From positions 38,406-102,405 of the forward strand of contig JAIXOI010000006.1 of assembly GCA_027486795.1 (NCBI GenBank): a stretch of 64,000 nt of DNA, in the 5' to 3' direction. Below are positions 20,670 to 30,100 of this stretch, one piece after another (the first letter of the stretch is position 1; every line of letters starts with the position of its first letter). The DNA is from Sphingobacteriales bacterium. GTDB lineage: Bacteria; Bacteroidota; Bacteroidia; Chitinophagales; CAIOSU01. The translations under genes were made by a program, and so were the position numbers. The notes under the pieces were generated by a model. The model did no database searches. It saw only the letters and a program-made list of their open reading frames with translations, and was not told the DNA's origin.

Positions 20670-22379
20670 ATGTTTATAGAAAAGGTAGTACTTAAAAATT
20701 TCAAGTGTTTTACTGATAATGTTGTTGAGTTTAACTTACCTGATGGTTCTACACCTGGTAGTGGTTTAAATATAATGGTAGGTCAGAATAATAGTGGAAA
20801 ATCTTCTTTGTTTGAAGCTATACACTTTTTACGAAATAAGGCAAAAAAGGAAGTTAAACGAATCGGTGCAGTTGATGATAGCGAATTCTATGTAGAGCTA
20901 ACTTTTACTGGAGAATTAGACCATGCAATTGAAAACTTTGTTCAAGAAAACAAGCAAAAGGCATTTAAAGATTCTATTGAAGAATCACCTAATGGGAGCA
21001 AGAAGCTAAGGGTTCGTCGTGTATTTAAAAATGACGAAGAGCAAAAGAAGATTTTATTCTTTGATGCTAATAATAATGTGTTTATAAATAAGTCAGGTAT
21101 TGATGCGCCTTTTCAAGCATTTTTTCAGATAAGCAATATATGGGCTGACACAAATCCAGAGACTGAAAGTAAAATGGGCTCTTCAACAGTTTGCGGTAAT
21201 TTACTAGCAGACATTTCTGAAAAATTCAAGCTTGATCATGCAGTTCAGTACGAATATTTTTTGAAAGTTTTTGTTGACACTTTCAATGATCCTACCGCAG
21301 GACTGCAAAAAGATTTAAATGAAGTGGCACGTGAAACTCAACAAATCCTAAATAAACAATTTGGTCGGGCTAGTCTGAGATTTAAATTTGACAATCCAGA
21401 GTTTACATCGCTGTTTAAGAATATCAAAATCCTTGTTGATGACGGTGAGGAAACGGAACTTTCTGATAAGGGTCATGGCATGCAAAGGGCGGTAATTCTT
21501 TCTTTATTGCAAGTTTATGCTAGCAGGATTACAAAATTTCAAAAGGAGAATGGAGATGAAGGAATAAAACCACACTTCTTATTCATTGATGAGCCTGAGA
21601 TGGGCCTGCACCCTCAAGCGCAAAGACAACTGTTCGAGGCATTAAGAGTTCTCTCAACGACTCACCAAGTTTTTGTTTCTACGCATTCTGAGAATTTTAT
21701 AGCTATAGATTTAATTGAAAATATTTACAAGTTTCATCGATTAGGCGATGTTGTTACAATTTCTTCAGGGAAAAATCTAAATATTGCCTTAGGCGTAAAT
21801 CGGAAATTTTTCTTTCATCATCACCGACTTTTTTTTGCTGAAAGAGCTATATTTCTAGAAGGAGTTGATGATTTTGAAAGGTATCCTGCATTTTGCATGA
21901 AAAATGGTTTTGGAAACTTGATAAAGGACTTTTACATGCTGGCAGGTTGTGGTGATTTTTCTGTATTTAAGATATTTTGTGAGCACTTTAAAATAAGGTC
22001 CTATTTTCTCTTTGATATTGATGTATTAGCATGGAGAACTAACACAACGTTAAAGAAAATTTCGCCACTGATCTGGGGCACTATAGTAACGCTAAATAAA
22101 GAAACAACAAAAAAAGATCCAGCAAACCTACTTTCAATTAATTTAACAATTGAAGAAAATGCTCTAAAATCCGAAGTAATATCAAAGTTAGTTGCTCATA
22201 GTATATTTGTGCTTTCTGACGGTGCAATTGAACAATATTTGGATGAGGAAAGTGAATTGATTGCTGAGGACCCCGCCTTTGAAGAAAAGAAAGCTGAGCT
22301 GTATACAATTTTTGGAATAATGAATAGTAATATTCCGTATACTCCAAACGTAGCTGAAGTTATTGAGGTAGCTGGTTGA
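20670..22379 (+). CDS. OLD-family ATP-dependent endonuclease (ABC ATPase plus TOPRIM), probable defence gene
   Basis: IEKVVLKNFK, GQNNSGKSS, KGHGMQR signature, FIDEPEMGLHP, STHS, TOPRIM FLEGVDD...FDID; visibly AT-rich. Confidence 0.88.
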   Translation: MFIEKVVLKNFKCFTDNVVEFNLPDGSTPGSGLNIMVGQNNSGKSSLFEAIHFLRNKAKKEVKRIGAVDDSEFYVELTFTGELDHAIENFVQENKQKAFKDSIEESPNGSKKLRVRRVFKNDEEQKKILFFDANNNVFINKSGIDAPFQAFFQISNIWADTNPETESKMGSSTVCGNLLADISEKFKLDHAVQYEYFLKVFVDTFNDPTAGLQKDLNEVARETQQILNKQFGRASLRFKFDNPEFTSLFKNIKILVDDGEETELSDKGHGMQRAVILSLLQVYASRITKFQKENGDEGIKPHFLFIDEPEMGLHPQAQRQLFEALRVLSTTHQVFVSTHSENFIAIDLIENIYKFHRLGDVVTISSGKNLNIALGVNRKFFFHHHRLFFAERAIFLEGVDDFERYPAFCMKNGFGNLIKDFYMLAGCGDFSVFKIFCEHFKIRSYFLFDIDVLAWRTNTTLKKISPLIWGTIVTLNKETTKKDPANLLSINLTIEENALKSEVISKLVAHSIFVLSDGAIEQYLDEESELIAEDPAFEEKKAELYTIFGIMNSNIPYTPNVAEVIEVAG

Positions 22380-22408
22380 AGGATTTCATTAGTGTTTGGG
22401 TATTTTCA

Positions 22409-23470
22409 CTAATCAAAGGACTTAATATGATTATTTCCAACCCCCAACTCCCCAAACCTCTTCTTTCCCTTCACAAAAAACTGCCAAAGGATGCTTTTGT
22501 TGTAAAGGCCTTCGGTGTTAGCCGTTTTACCTGCGGATAAGGCTTGGGTGGCAACCCTTTTTTTGCGGATGATACTAAGGGTGTTAAAGAATTCCATATG
22601 TGCTTTGGCAATGGCCTTGTAATCACCAATCTTACCGGTTAGCAGAGAGCGGTAAGCAGCAACAACATCTAGCAGCAGACGCAAGGCTATAGTGCGCTTG
22701 AAACCTTGTTTGGGCAGGTTTTTATACATCATCCACAAGTTGTTGCGGAAATTGAGGAATGTTTTACGAGGGTTGCCTTGAGGTAAACTGCCACCACCTA
22801 CATGGTACACCAGCGAATGCTGCATATATAGCAAACGGTAACCCGAATTTTTCATGCGCCAGCAAAGGTCAATCTCTTCCATGTGCGCAAAAAAATCAGC
22901 ATCCAGTCCACCCAATTGATGATATAGTTCTGCCCTAACAAACATGGCCGCACCGCTTGCCCAAAAAATAGGGATAACGGTATCGTACTGGCCTTCGTCT
23001 TTCTCCACTACATCAAACAAACGACCACGGCAAAAGGTATATCCAAGGTAGTCCATAAAACCACCTGCGGCACCCGCATATTCAAAGTAGTCTTTTTGGT
23101 GGTAGGCACGTAGCTTGGGTTGGCAAGCACCTGCTTCGGGGTGCTGCTCCATTAGCTCCACCATCGGCTCTAGCCAACCCGGGGTTACTTCCACATCTTG
23201 GTTAAGGAGTACGTAGTAGTCGGCTTGTATTTGTTTTAGCCCCTCGTTGTATCCGCCCGCAAAGCCTAGGTTTTTAGGCAGTGCCACCAACTTTACTTGT
23301 GGGTAGTGCTCAGCCAACCAAACCACAGTATCGTCAGTACTAGCATTATCAATAACATAGTGCGTGGCATGCGCATAGGTAGTTGCCACCACCGACGGCA
23401 GAAACTGCTCCAGGAACTTGCGTCCGTTCCAGCTCAATATAGCTACCGCTACTGTGGGGTTAATGGGCAT
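22409..23470 (-). CDS. GT2 family glycosyltransferase
   Basis: ILSWNG, DNASTD, NLGFAGGYN, LLNQDV, FWASGA, FFAHMEEIDLCWR. Confidence 0.93.
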   Translation of the reverse strand: MPINPTVAVAILSWNGRKFLEQFLPSVVATTYAHATHYVIDNASTDDTVVWLAEHYPQVKLVALPKNLGFAGGYNEGLKQIQADYYVLLNQDVEVTPGWLEPMVELMEQHPEAGACQPKLRAYHQKDYFEYAGAAGGFMDYLGYTFCRGRLFDVVEKDEGQYDTVIPIFWASGAAMFVRAELYHQLGGLDADFFAHMEEIDLCWRMKNSGYRLLYMQHSLVYHVGGGSLPQGNPRKTFLNFRNNLWMMYKNLPKQGFKRTIALRLLLDVVAAYRSLLTGKIGDYKAIAKAHMEFFNTLSIIRKKRVATQALSAGKTANTEGLYNKSILWQFFVKGKKRFGELGVGNNHIKSFD

Positions 23471-23485
23471 GGGGCAAATGTAATC

Positions 23486-23522
23486 AATTTGGAAATGTGG
23501 TAATTTGAAAATTTGAAAATGG
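23486..23522. repeat. Octamer array (AATTTGAA)n; reverse-complement copy of 46946-46982
   Basis: AATTTGGA AATGTGGT AATTTGAA AATTTGAA AATGG; 33 of 37 nt match the reverse complement of 46946-46982. Confidence 0.8.
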
Positions 23523-23640
23523 AAGGTTTAAAATCAGGATAAGAGCGTTAGCACGTTGATTGCATTACAATTGCTAAATAGTGTTAATGCTACAATAGTA
23601 TAAAATGCTCGGCGTTAATAAGCAACACAACTCAAGCAAT

Positions 23641-24324
23641 ATGGAATCCACACTCAACCAACTTTTTTCGCGGCGCTATTGGCTGCTGTTTGCCTCTTTG
23701 GCTTTTACTATTTTCATGCTGGCAATACGGCTGGTGCTTACTGATAGCATTTTTGGTCTGTTTTTGGTGTGGAACCTGTTTTTAGCCGGGGTGCCCTTGT
23801 TTTTGGCTTTGTGGCTCAGTCAGGTAAGGGAAAAAAAGGGAAACCCACTTTGGCAAATGACGTTGTTTATTGCTTGGCTGCTGTTTTTTCCCAACGCCAT
23901 GTATATCGTTACCGATTTGTTCCATTTGAAGATGAGGCTGCCAGTGCCCTTGTGGTTCGATATGATATTGCTATTTTCTGCAGCTTGGAACGGTCTACTA
24001 TTGGGTTTCAAATCCCTATCAATCGTTCAAGGCATATTTTCTGATATGTTTAATAAAACGGTTGGCGTGCTATTGGCAATTGGCTTTATGTTTTTGGCGG
24101 GTTATGGCATCTATTTGGGGCGCTACATCCGTTGGAATAGTTGGGATGTAATCAGTAATCCATTAGCTTTGGCTTCAGACATTGTTGGGCATTTGTTGCA
24201 TCCTCACCACCACCTGTTTATGTATGGGTTCGTGTTTCTTTTTGGCAGCTTTATGTGTTTGGCTTACTTTGCTATGCAGCGAAATGCAACAGTAACCCAG
24301 CCAGACAATACCCTAAACCAATAG
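23641..24324 (+). CDS. DUF1361 family membrane protein
   Basis: FLVWNLFLA.VP, WLLFFPNAMYIVTDLFHL, GIYLGRYIRWNSWD. Confidence 0.88.
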   Translation: MESTLNQLFSRRYWLLFASLAFTIFMLAIRLVLTDSIFGLFLVWNLFLAGVPLFLALWLSQVREKKGNPLWQMTLFIAWLLFFPNAMYIVTDLFHLKMRLPVPLWFDMILLFSAAWNGLLLGFKSLSIVQGIFSDMFNKTVGVLLAIGFMFLAGYGIYLGRYIRWNSWDVISNPLALASDIVGHLLHPHHHLFMYGFVFLFGSFMCLAYFAMQRNATVTQPDNTLNQ

Positions 24325-24328
24325 AACA

Positions 24329-25828
24329 CTAGCTGTTGCCCCGGCACATATTCATTGCCTTTCCCAAATAGGTAATAATGTCGCTTGCAATAAGTGCTTC
24401 TTGGCTGTTTGCTTGAGCAGCCAAATCTCCTGCCAGGCCATGCAAACAAACGGCATTGATGGTTGCTTGCAAAGGCTCATACCCCTGCGATAGCATACCC
24501 GTAATTATGCCAGTAAGTACATCGCCACTGCCGCCAGTTGCCATACCAGGGTTGCCTATATTGTTAAACCAAACATCCTGTTTGGGGGTAATTATCGCCG
24601 TATTGGCCCCCTTCAATACAATAATAATATTGTGTTCTTTAGCTTGGCGGCAAGCCAGTTGCAACCGATCAAAGCTATTGCTCGATGGGCCAAATAACCG
24701 TTCGAACTCTTTTGGGTGCGGGGTAATGATGCTATTTGCAGGTAAGCGGTTTAGCCAAGACTTGTTGTGCGCTAATAGGTTCAATGCATCAGCATCCAAC
24801 ACTAATGGATGCCTAAAACGCTCTATGAGCTTAAAAAGAGCATTTAATGTTTTTGGCTGTTGCCCTATGCCTGGGCCAACGGCTATGGCATCGTACGCGG
24901 CGGTATCGGGTACACTGGTAATGAAATCGTTGTTATCGTCTGTCAGGGTCATTGCCTCGGGCAATGCCGTTTGCATAGCGGTGTATCCACACTTAGGAAT
25001 GTAGGTAGTTACTAACCCAGAGCCTGCGCGAAGACAAGCTTTTGCAGCTAATATGGCTGCGCCAATTTTCCCATATCCACCAGCTATAACAAGGCTATGG
25101 CCGTATGAGCCTTTATGGCTATGGCGGGCTCGGGTTTTAAGCTTTACATCTGTTGGGGCAATAATGCGGTAAGGGCTAGCCGCTTTGGCAATATAATCGG
25201 CATTGAGACCAATGCTTCGGTATTCCCATTCGCCCACATATTCATCGTGCTCGGCAAACAAAAACGATAGGCGGGGTGCTTCAAAACTAAGCGTATGGTG
25301 TGCTTTAAAAATGGTCCCGTTACTTATGCTATCAGCGTAAAGGCCTGAGGGTATATCGACTGCCACCCTTGTGCACGCTTGAGCATTTAAGTGGTCAATT
25401 AACCCTGCTACCCAACCTTGCAGTGGGCGATTCAATCCTGAGCCAAATATGGCATCAATTATCACCATGTGCTCGCCAAGCTTCGGGTAGGTATCTGGTT
25501 CGATGAGGTAATACTGCGCTACACCAGGTATTTTACTCAGGCGTTGTTCGTTTATATCGCGGTCTTTAGTGGTGTTGCCACCAGCTACCAGCCAAACGCT
25601 TACTGCGTATCCGCGTTCGTGCAGCAGCCTTGCTATGGCCAATCCATCGCCGCCATTGTTGCCATTGCCGCAAAAGATACTCACAGGTTGCCTTGGCGTA
25701 TATTTGGCCACATACCACAACGTAAACACGGTTGATGCCCGCTCCATTAAATCAACAGAGGCAATGGGTTCGTTGGCTATGGTGTAAGCATCGGCCTCAC
25801 GTATTTGGCCAGCGGATAGTATTTTCAT
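24329..25828 (-). CDS. nnr: Bifunctional NAD(P)H-hydrate epimerase/dehydratase
   Basis: LMERA, GNGNNGGDG, DAIFGSG, AVDIPSG, HKGSYG, LDADAL, TPHPKEF, ATGGSGDVL. Confidence 0.95.
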   Translation of the reverse strand: MKILSAGQIREADAYTIANEPIASVDLMERASTVFTLWYVAKYTPRQPVSIFCGNGNNGGDGLAIARLLHERGYAVSVWLVAGGNTTKDRDINEQRLSKIPGVAQYYLIEPDTYPKLGEHMVIIDAIFGSGLNRPLQGWVAGLIDHLNAQACTRVAVDIPSGLYADSISNGTIFKAHHTLSFEAPRLSFLFAEHDEYVGEWEYRSIGLNADYIAKAASPYRIIAPTDVKLKTRARHSHKGSYGHSLVIAGGYGKIGAAILAAKACLRAGSGLVTTYIPKCGYTAMQTALPEAMTLTDDNNDFITSVPDTAAYDAIAVGPGIGQQPKTLNALFKLIERFRHPLVLDADALNLLAHNKSWLNRLPANSIITPHPKEFERLFGPSSNSFDRLQLACRQAKEHNIIIVLKGANTAIITPKQDVWFNNIGNPGMATGGSGDVLTGIITGMLSQGYEPLQATINAVCLHGLAGDLAAQANSQEALIASDIITYLGKAMNMCRGNS

Positions 25829-25920
25829 TTTCTTAAAAATACGGATTTATCCGCTAATGAAGGTGCCAATCGGTGGTAGGAGTGGGCTACTAGTATCAAG
25901 CTCAAAAAAAGCGCAAAGAC

Positions 25921-26706
25921 TTACACTTTTTTAATAGTAGCAAAAATTTGCAGGTCTTCGTCAGTTTCAATATCGCTTTTCATTTGGCAAGTATATTGTT
26001 GGCCATCAATGTTGAACGAAAAATGCGAAAGGCCGCTATTGTTAAGTGCTTTGCTTATTGATGTTTCAATAATTGCGGCGACATCTTTCGGCAAAGATTT
26101 AAGAAATACCGATAACGTTGGAGCGCTTTCTGGTGCATTGATGCCAAGGGTAGCAAAAAGGTTGCTGCTCCAAAACATAGTTTTGGTTTTTGGGTCTAAC
26201 TCCCAATAGCCAAAATCGGCAAGTTGCTGAGCCGCATCAAACTGCTCGTTGGCATTGTTTAGTTTTTGGGTACAGTTTAAAACTTGCTTTTGCAATTGGT
26301 ATCGCTCAAAAGCATATCTTACCGATGATGTGAGTACCTTGCCATCAAATTGACCTTTTATCAGAAAATCTTGAGCACCTTTGGTTACGGTTTGCAGGCC
26401 AAGTTCTTCGTCATTTAGTCCTGTTAATACTATTACCACACCACCTTGGCTTGCTTCAAGCACGGTTTCCAAGGTTTCTATGCCTTTGCTATCCGGTAAG
26501 TTCAAATCCAACAGAATAACGTCAAATTCGTTGTGCTGTAGCAGGTCAACTGCGGTCTTTAAATACTCGGCATGCAACAGGCGGGCATACTTTAATACGG
26601 AATCTTCGAGGTAGAACTTTATCAAAAAAGCATCGCCTGGGTTATCTTCAATTAAGAGTATGTTTAAATTGATGTGGTTGTTCATGTTGTTTGCGGGTAT
26701 TTTCAA
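25921..26706 (-). CDS. Response regulator: receiver domain plus a PAS-like domain, no output domain
   Basis: LLIEDNPGDA, LLDLNLPDS, VLTG, GAQDFLIKG; PAS_3-like AQQLADFGYWE..WS. Start may be 26685. Confidence 0.8.
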   Translation of the reverse strand: MKIPANNMNNHINLNILLIEDNPGDAFLIKFYLEDSVLKYARLLHAEYLKTAVDLLQHNEFDVILLDLNLPDSKGIETLETVLEASQGGVVIVLTGLNDEELGLQTVTKGAQDFLIKGQFDGKVLTSSVRYAFERYQLQKQVLNCTQKLNNANEQFDAAQQLADFGYWELDPKTKTMFWSSNLFATLGINAPESAPTLSVFLKSLPKDVAAIIETSISKALNNSGLSHFSFNIDGQQYTCQMKSDIETDEDLQIFATIKKV

Positions 26707-27128
26707 TCAGGCAATTTAGCAATAGAAAACCAAAATTTCTCAATATTGGTGACCACTTTAAAATATTCGTCAAAAGCAACGGGTTTTGTGAGGTACAAAT
26801 TTGCATGGTTTTGGTAGCTTTTATGAATATCATAATCGGCCTCTGAAGAAGTAAGAATTACTACTGGCAAAAGCTTTAATACCGAGTCGGATTTAATTAT
26901 CTCCAACACTTCAATGCCGTTCAGTCGGGGTAAGTTCAGGTCAAGAATAATTAAGTTGGGCAAAGTCTTGTTTGCTATGGCCTTGGTTAAATACGCTATT
27001 GCCTCTTCGCCATTGTATATGGCCACCAACTTAGAGTCAAATTTGCTGCTTTTTAGTATTTCCTGTGTTAGCCTAATGTCGCCAGGGTTATCGTCAATTA
27101 TCAATATGGTTCGTGCTTGGCTCATCAT
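26703..27128 (-). CDS. Single-domain response regulator, Rcp1-like
   Basis: DDNPGDIRL, ILDLNLPR, PVVILTSS, HANLYLTKP, IEKFW. Confidence 0.9.
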   Translation of the reverse strand: MMSQARTILIIDDNPGDIRLTQEILKSSKFDSKLVAIYNGEEAIAYLTKAIANKTLPNLIILDLNLPRLNGIEVLEIIKSDSVLKLLPVVILTSSEADYDIHKSYQNHANLYLTKPVAFDEYFKVVTNIEKFWFSIAKLPD

Positions 27129-30100
27129 AGGTTCCCTTTTTTGTTTATGCTAAAGTAAAAGGTTGTTCCGCGCCCTATTTGCGATTGAACCCACAATCGG
27201 CCACCATGGCGTTCTACAATTTTTTTGCTAGTTGCCAGCCCTATGCCCGAACCCGAATATTCGCTAAGGCTATGAAGTCTTTGAAAAACGAGGAAGATTT
27301 TTTCAAAGTATTGTTCTTTTATGCCAATTCCATTGTCTTGTACTGAAAAAGTATAACTATCGCCGTTGTCGCGACAGCTAATGTGCACCAAAGGTGCTTG
27401 CTCGCCATGAAACTTTAATGCGTTTTCAATTAAGTTCTGCAATAGGCTTATAATTTGGGGTTGGTCGGCATATATTTCGGGTAGGTTGTCTACAACAATG
27501 GTAGCATCCTTTTCGGCTATTGATTGCTGCAAATTGATTTTTACGAATTCAACGGTTTTGTTCATATCAAGCAACCTGAAATCGTTAGTCTTTCTATCAA
27601 CCCTTGAGTATTCTAGTAGGTCGTTTATCAAATCTTGCATGCGTTTTACACCATCAGTAGCATAAGCCATAAACTCCAAAGTATCGCCTTCAAGCGTTTT
27701 TTGCAGGCGTTTTTGTATAAGGTGTATGTAGCTGCCTATCATTCGCAATGGTTCTTGCAAATCGTGCGAGGCGGCGTAGGCAAACAGCTCTAGGTCTTCG
27801 TTGCTACGCAGCAGCTCTGTAGTATGCTGTTCAAGTTTGCGCTGTATATCTTTTAAATCGGTTATGTCAAGCGACATTACCATACCTGCATAAATTTCTT
27901 CCTTTTCGTTTCGCACGGGCAAAAAATGAATCAGATAGTGTTTTTTGTTAAACTCCCGCTCCATAACGTGTTCTTGGCCATTCAAGGCTCCCCTATATAG
28001 CGGCTCAAGTTCTTTAAGCAAGGTTGGCGGTATGGTTTGCTGTAAGGTTCGGCCTTCCATACTATCTTTATCATATCCTTGGTCTTCTAGTTCGGCACCT
28101 TCCACCAATTTATATTTCAAGTCTCTATCGTATAAAAACACCGCTGCTTTTGGTATGTTGCGCGCTAGTGTACGGTATAGTTCTCTGGTTTCGGCAATTT
28201 CTTCTTCGTTTTGCTTTCTGTCTAGCGCGTTGGCTACAATTTGGCTGGTTATTTTTAACAGTGGTATGGTTTCGTTTTTCCAAAAACGCTCTCGGCTAAA
28301 GGAGGCAAATACTAAAAGACCCCTGAATACTCCTTTCGACATGATAGGAATACCAATTGTTGATTTTATGTTAGCTAGGATTACAATGTTTTTTAGTTCA
28401 TCTGCCTCTGGCGGTAAATCGTTACTCGATTCAATTGAGAAATAACCTTTGGTTTTTACTTGCCTATAAACCCGTACAAACTTACGTTGCTCAACAATTT
28501 GCAGTAAATTTTCATCCGGATTTACATCTCCTGCTATCCAATGATGCGAGAGCTTGAAACGGCTGTTGTTGCCGTGAGCCATGAAAACATAACATTGGTC
28601 AATGCTCAAAAATTCAGCAACATATTTGATAGAGCTGGTTATTTCGGCATCGATGTTTTTGGGTGCAATACTGATGAAATTAGCCGAGATAATAGTAATT
28701 ATGTTTTGGAACTGTAACGTGAAGTTAAGTAAGGCTTCGGTTTTTTTACGTTCAAGTGCACTGGATATTACCTGTGAAGTGATGCGCAATAGCGAGATTA
28801 AATCTTCGTCCCACGCTATTTCGTTGCGTATAGAGCTTAGTGTTATAAAGCCCATGTTCTCACCTTTGGCTTCCAACGGCAGCACTATGGAGCTTTTTAC
28901 ACCAACTTTTTCAATGAACTTCCTAAAGGCTGTATCTTCTGGAATGCTATTTTTGCTTTGCATATAATATACGTAGCCCAATTCTTTCATATTTTTCGCT
29001 TCCAGCGTACTACCATCAAATGGGTAGGCGGTTTGCACGGCCAATTTTAATTTCTTGTTCTCCTCACTTAGCCAATAGTAGGCTGGTTTGTATGTTTCGC
29101 CCGATTTTAGGTTAATCACTACGCGGTCAAGATCGTTTAGCTCGCCCAGGTTTTTCAAACTCTGTGTTATAGCCTCGTCAATTTGGTGAAACGGTAAATT
29201 GATAAAACGTGTCGCAATATCAGAAATTAAGGTCCTGAGTTTAAGTTGCAGCTGCAACGATTGTTCTAGCTCTTTTTGGTTGGTAATATCGGTTGATACG
29301 CCTAAAATCTGCCATTTCCCATCGGGCGACAATACAGGCTTTTTAATGGTCGAGAACCAAAACTTTCTATTGTCGCTTGGCCTGGTTATGGTTTCTTCCG
29401 GAAAATAGGCCTCTCGTTTCATTTTAACGACTTGAAGGTCTTGATCGCGATAAACCTTATCGAGCGGGAAATACTTGGCTACAGCGTTATGCTTCTGCCC
29501 AACTAGTTTTTTTATGTCGGTGCCTAGCAAGTTAGCAAATGCGTTGTTTACCAGTTTGTACCTTCCTTCGGTATCTCTTACAAATATGAGGTTGGGTATT
29601 GAGTCGATAATATACCTGAGGTACACTTGCTGTATGCGCAACTCCTGCTCGGTTTGTTTCAAAGTTGTTATATCCAATGCCACCGATTGGTACTCAACAA
29701 AATTGCCATTCTCGTCAAAAATGGCCCTATCGGTCCACATTTGCCATCGGCTGTTTTTGCTGTCGGTTTTATCTTCGAGGCTATATGTTATAAATGGGTT
29801 TTGAATGTTCAGCGATGCCAATCGCTCCTTAAATCCGTTAAGTGCTGCTTTGGGCACAAGCGAGAAAATGTTTTTACCGGTAATGTCGGTTTTATGCCCA
29901 AAGTAACGGTGATAGGCGGTGTTGGCAAAGGTTATTTTTCCGTTTGCTAAATACCGGGATATCAACTCGGTTTGGTCTTCAACTACTGCCCGGTATTTTC
30001 GCTCGCTTGCCTTAATTTGCTCTTCAGCATTTTTTCTGGTCGTTACGTCGTTGCCTATTAAATTAACATAATCGTATTCTTCAACAGGAACTAACTTTAA

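Noticed and set aside
20670-22379. Gabija, retron or PARIS system
   Set aside because: No UvrD helicase, reverse transcriptase or second ORF lies within the repeat-bounded insert
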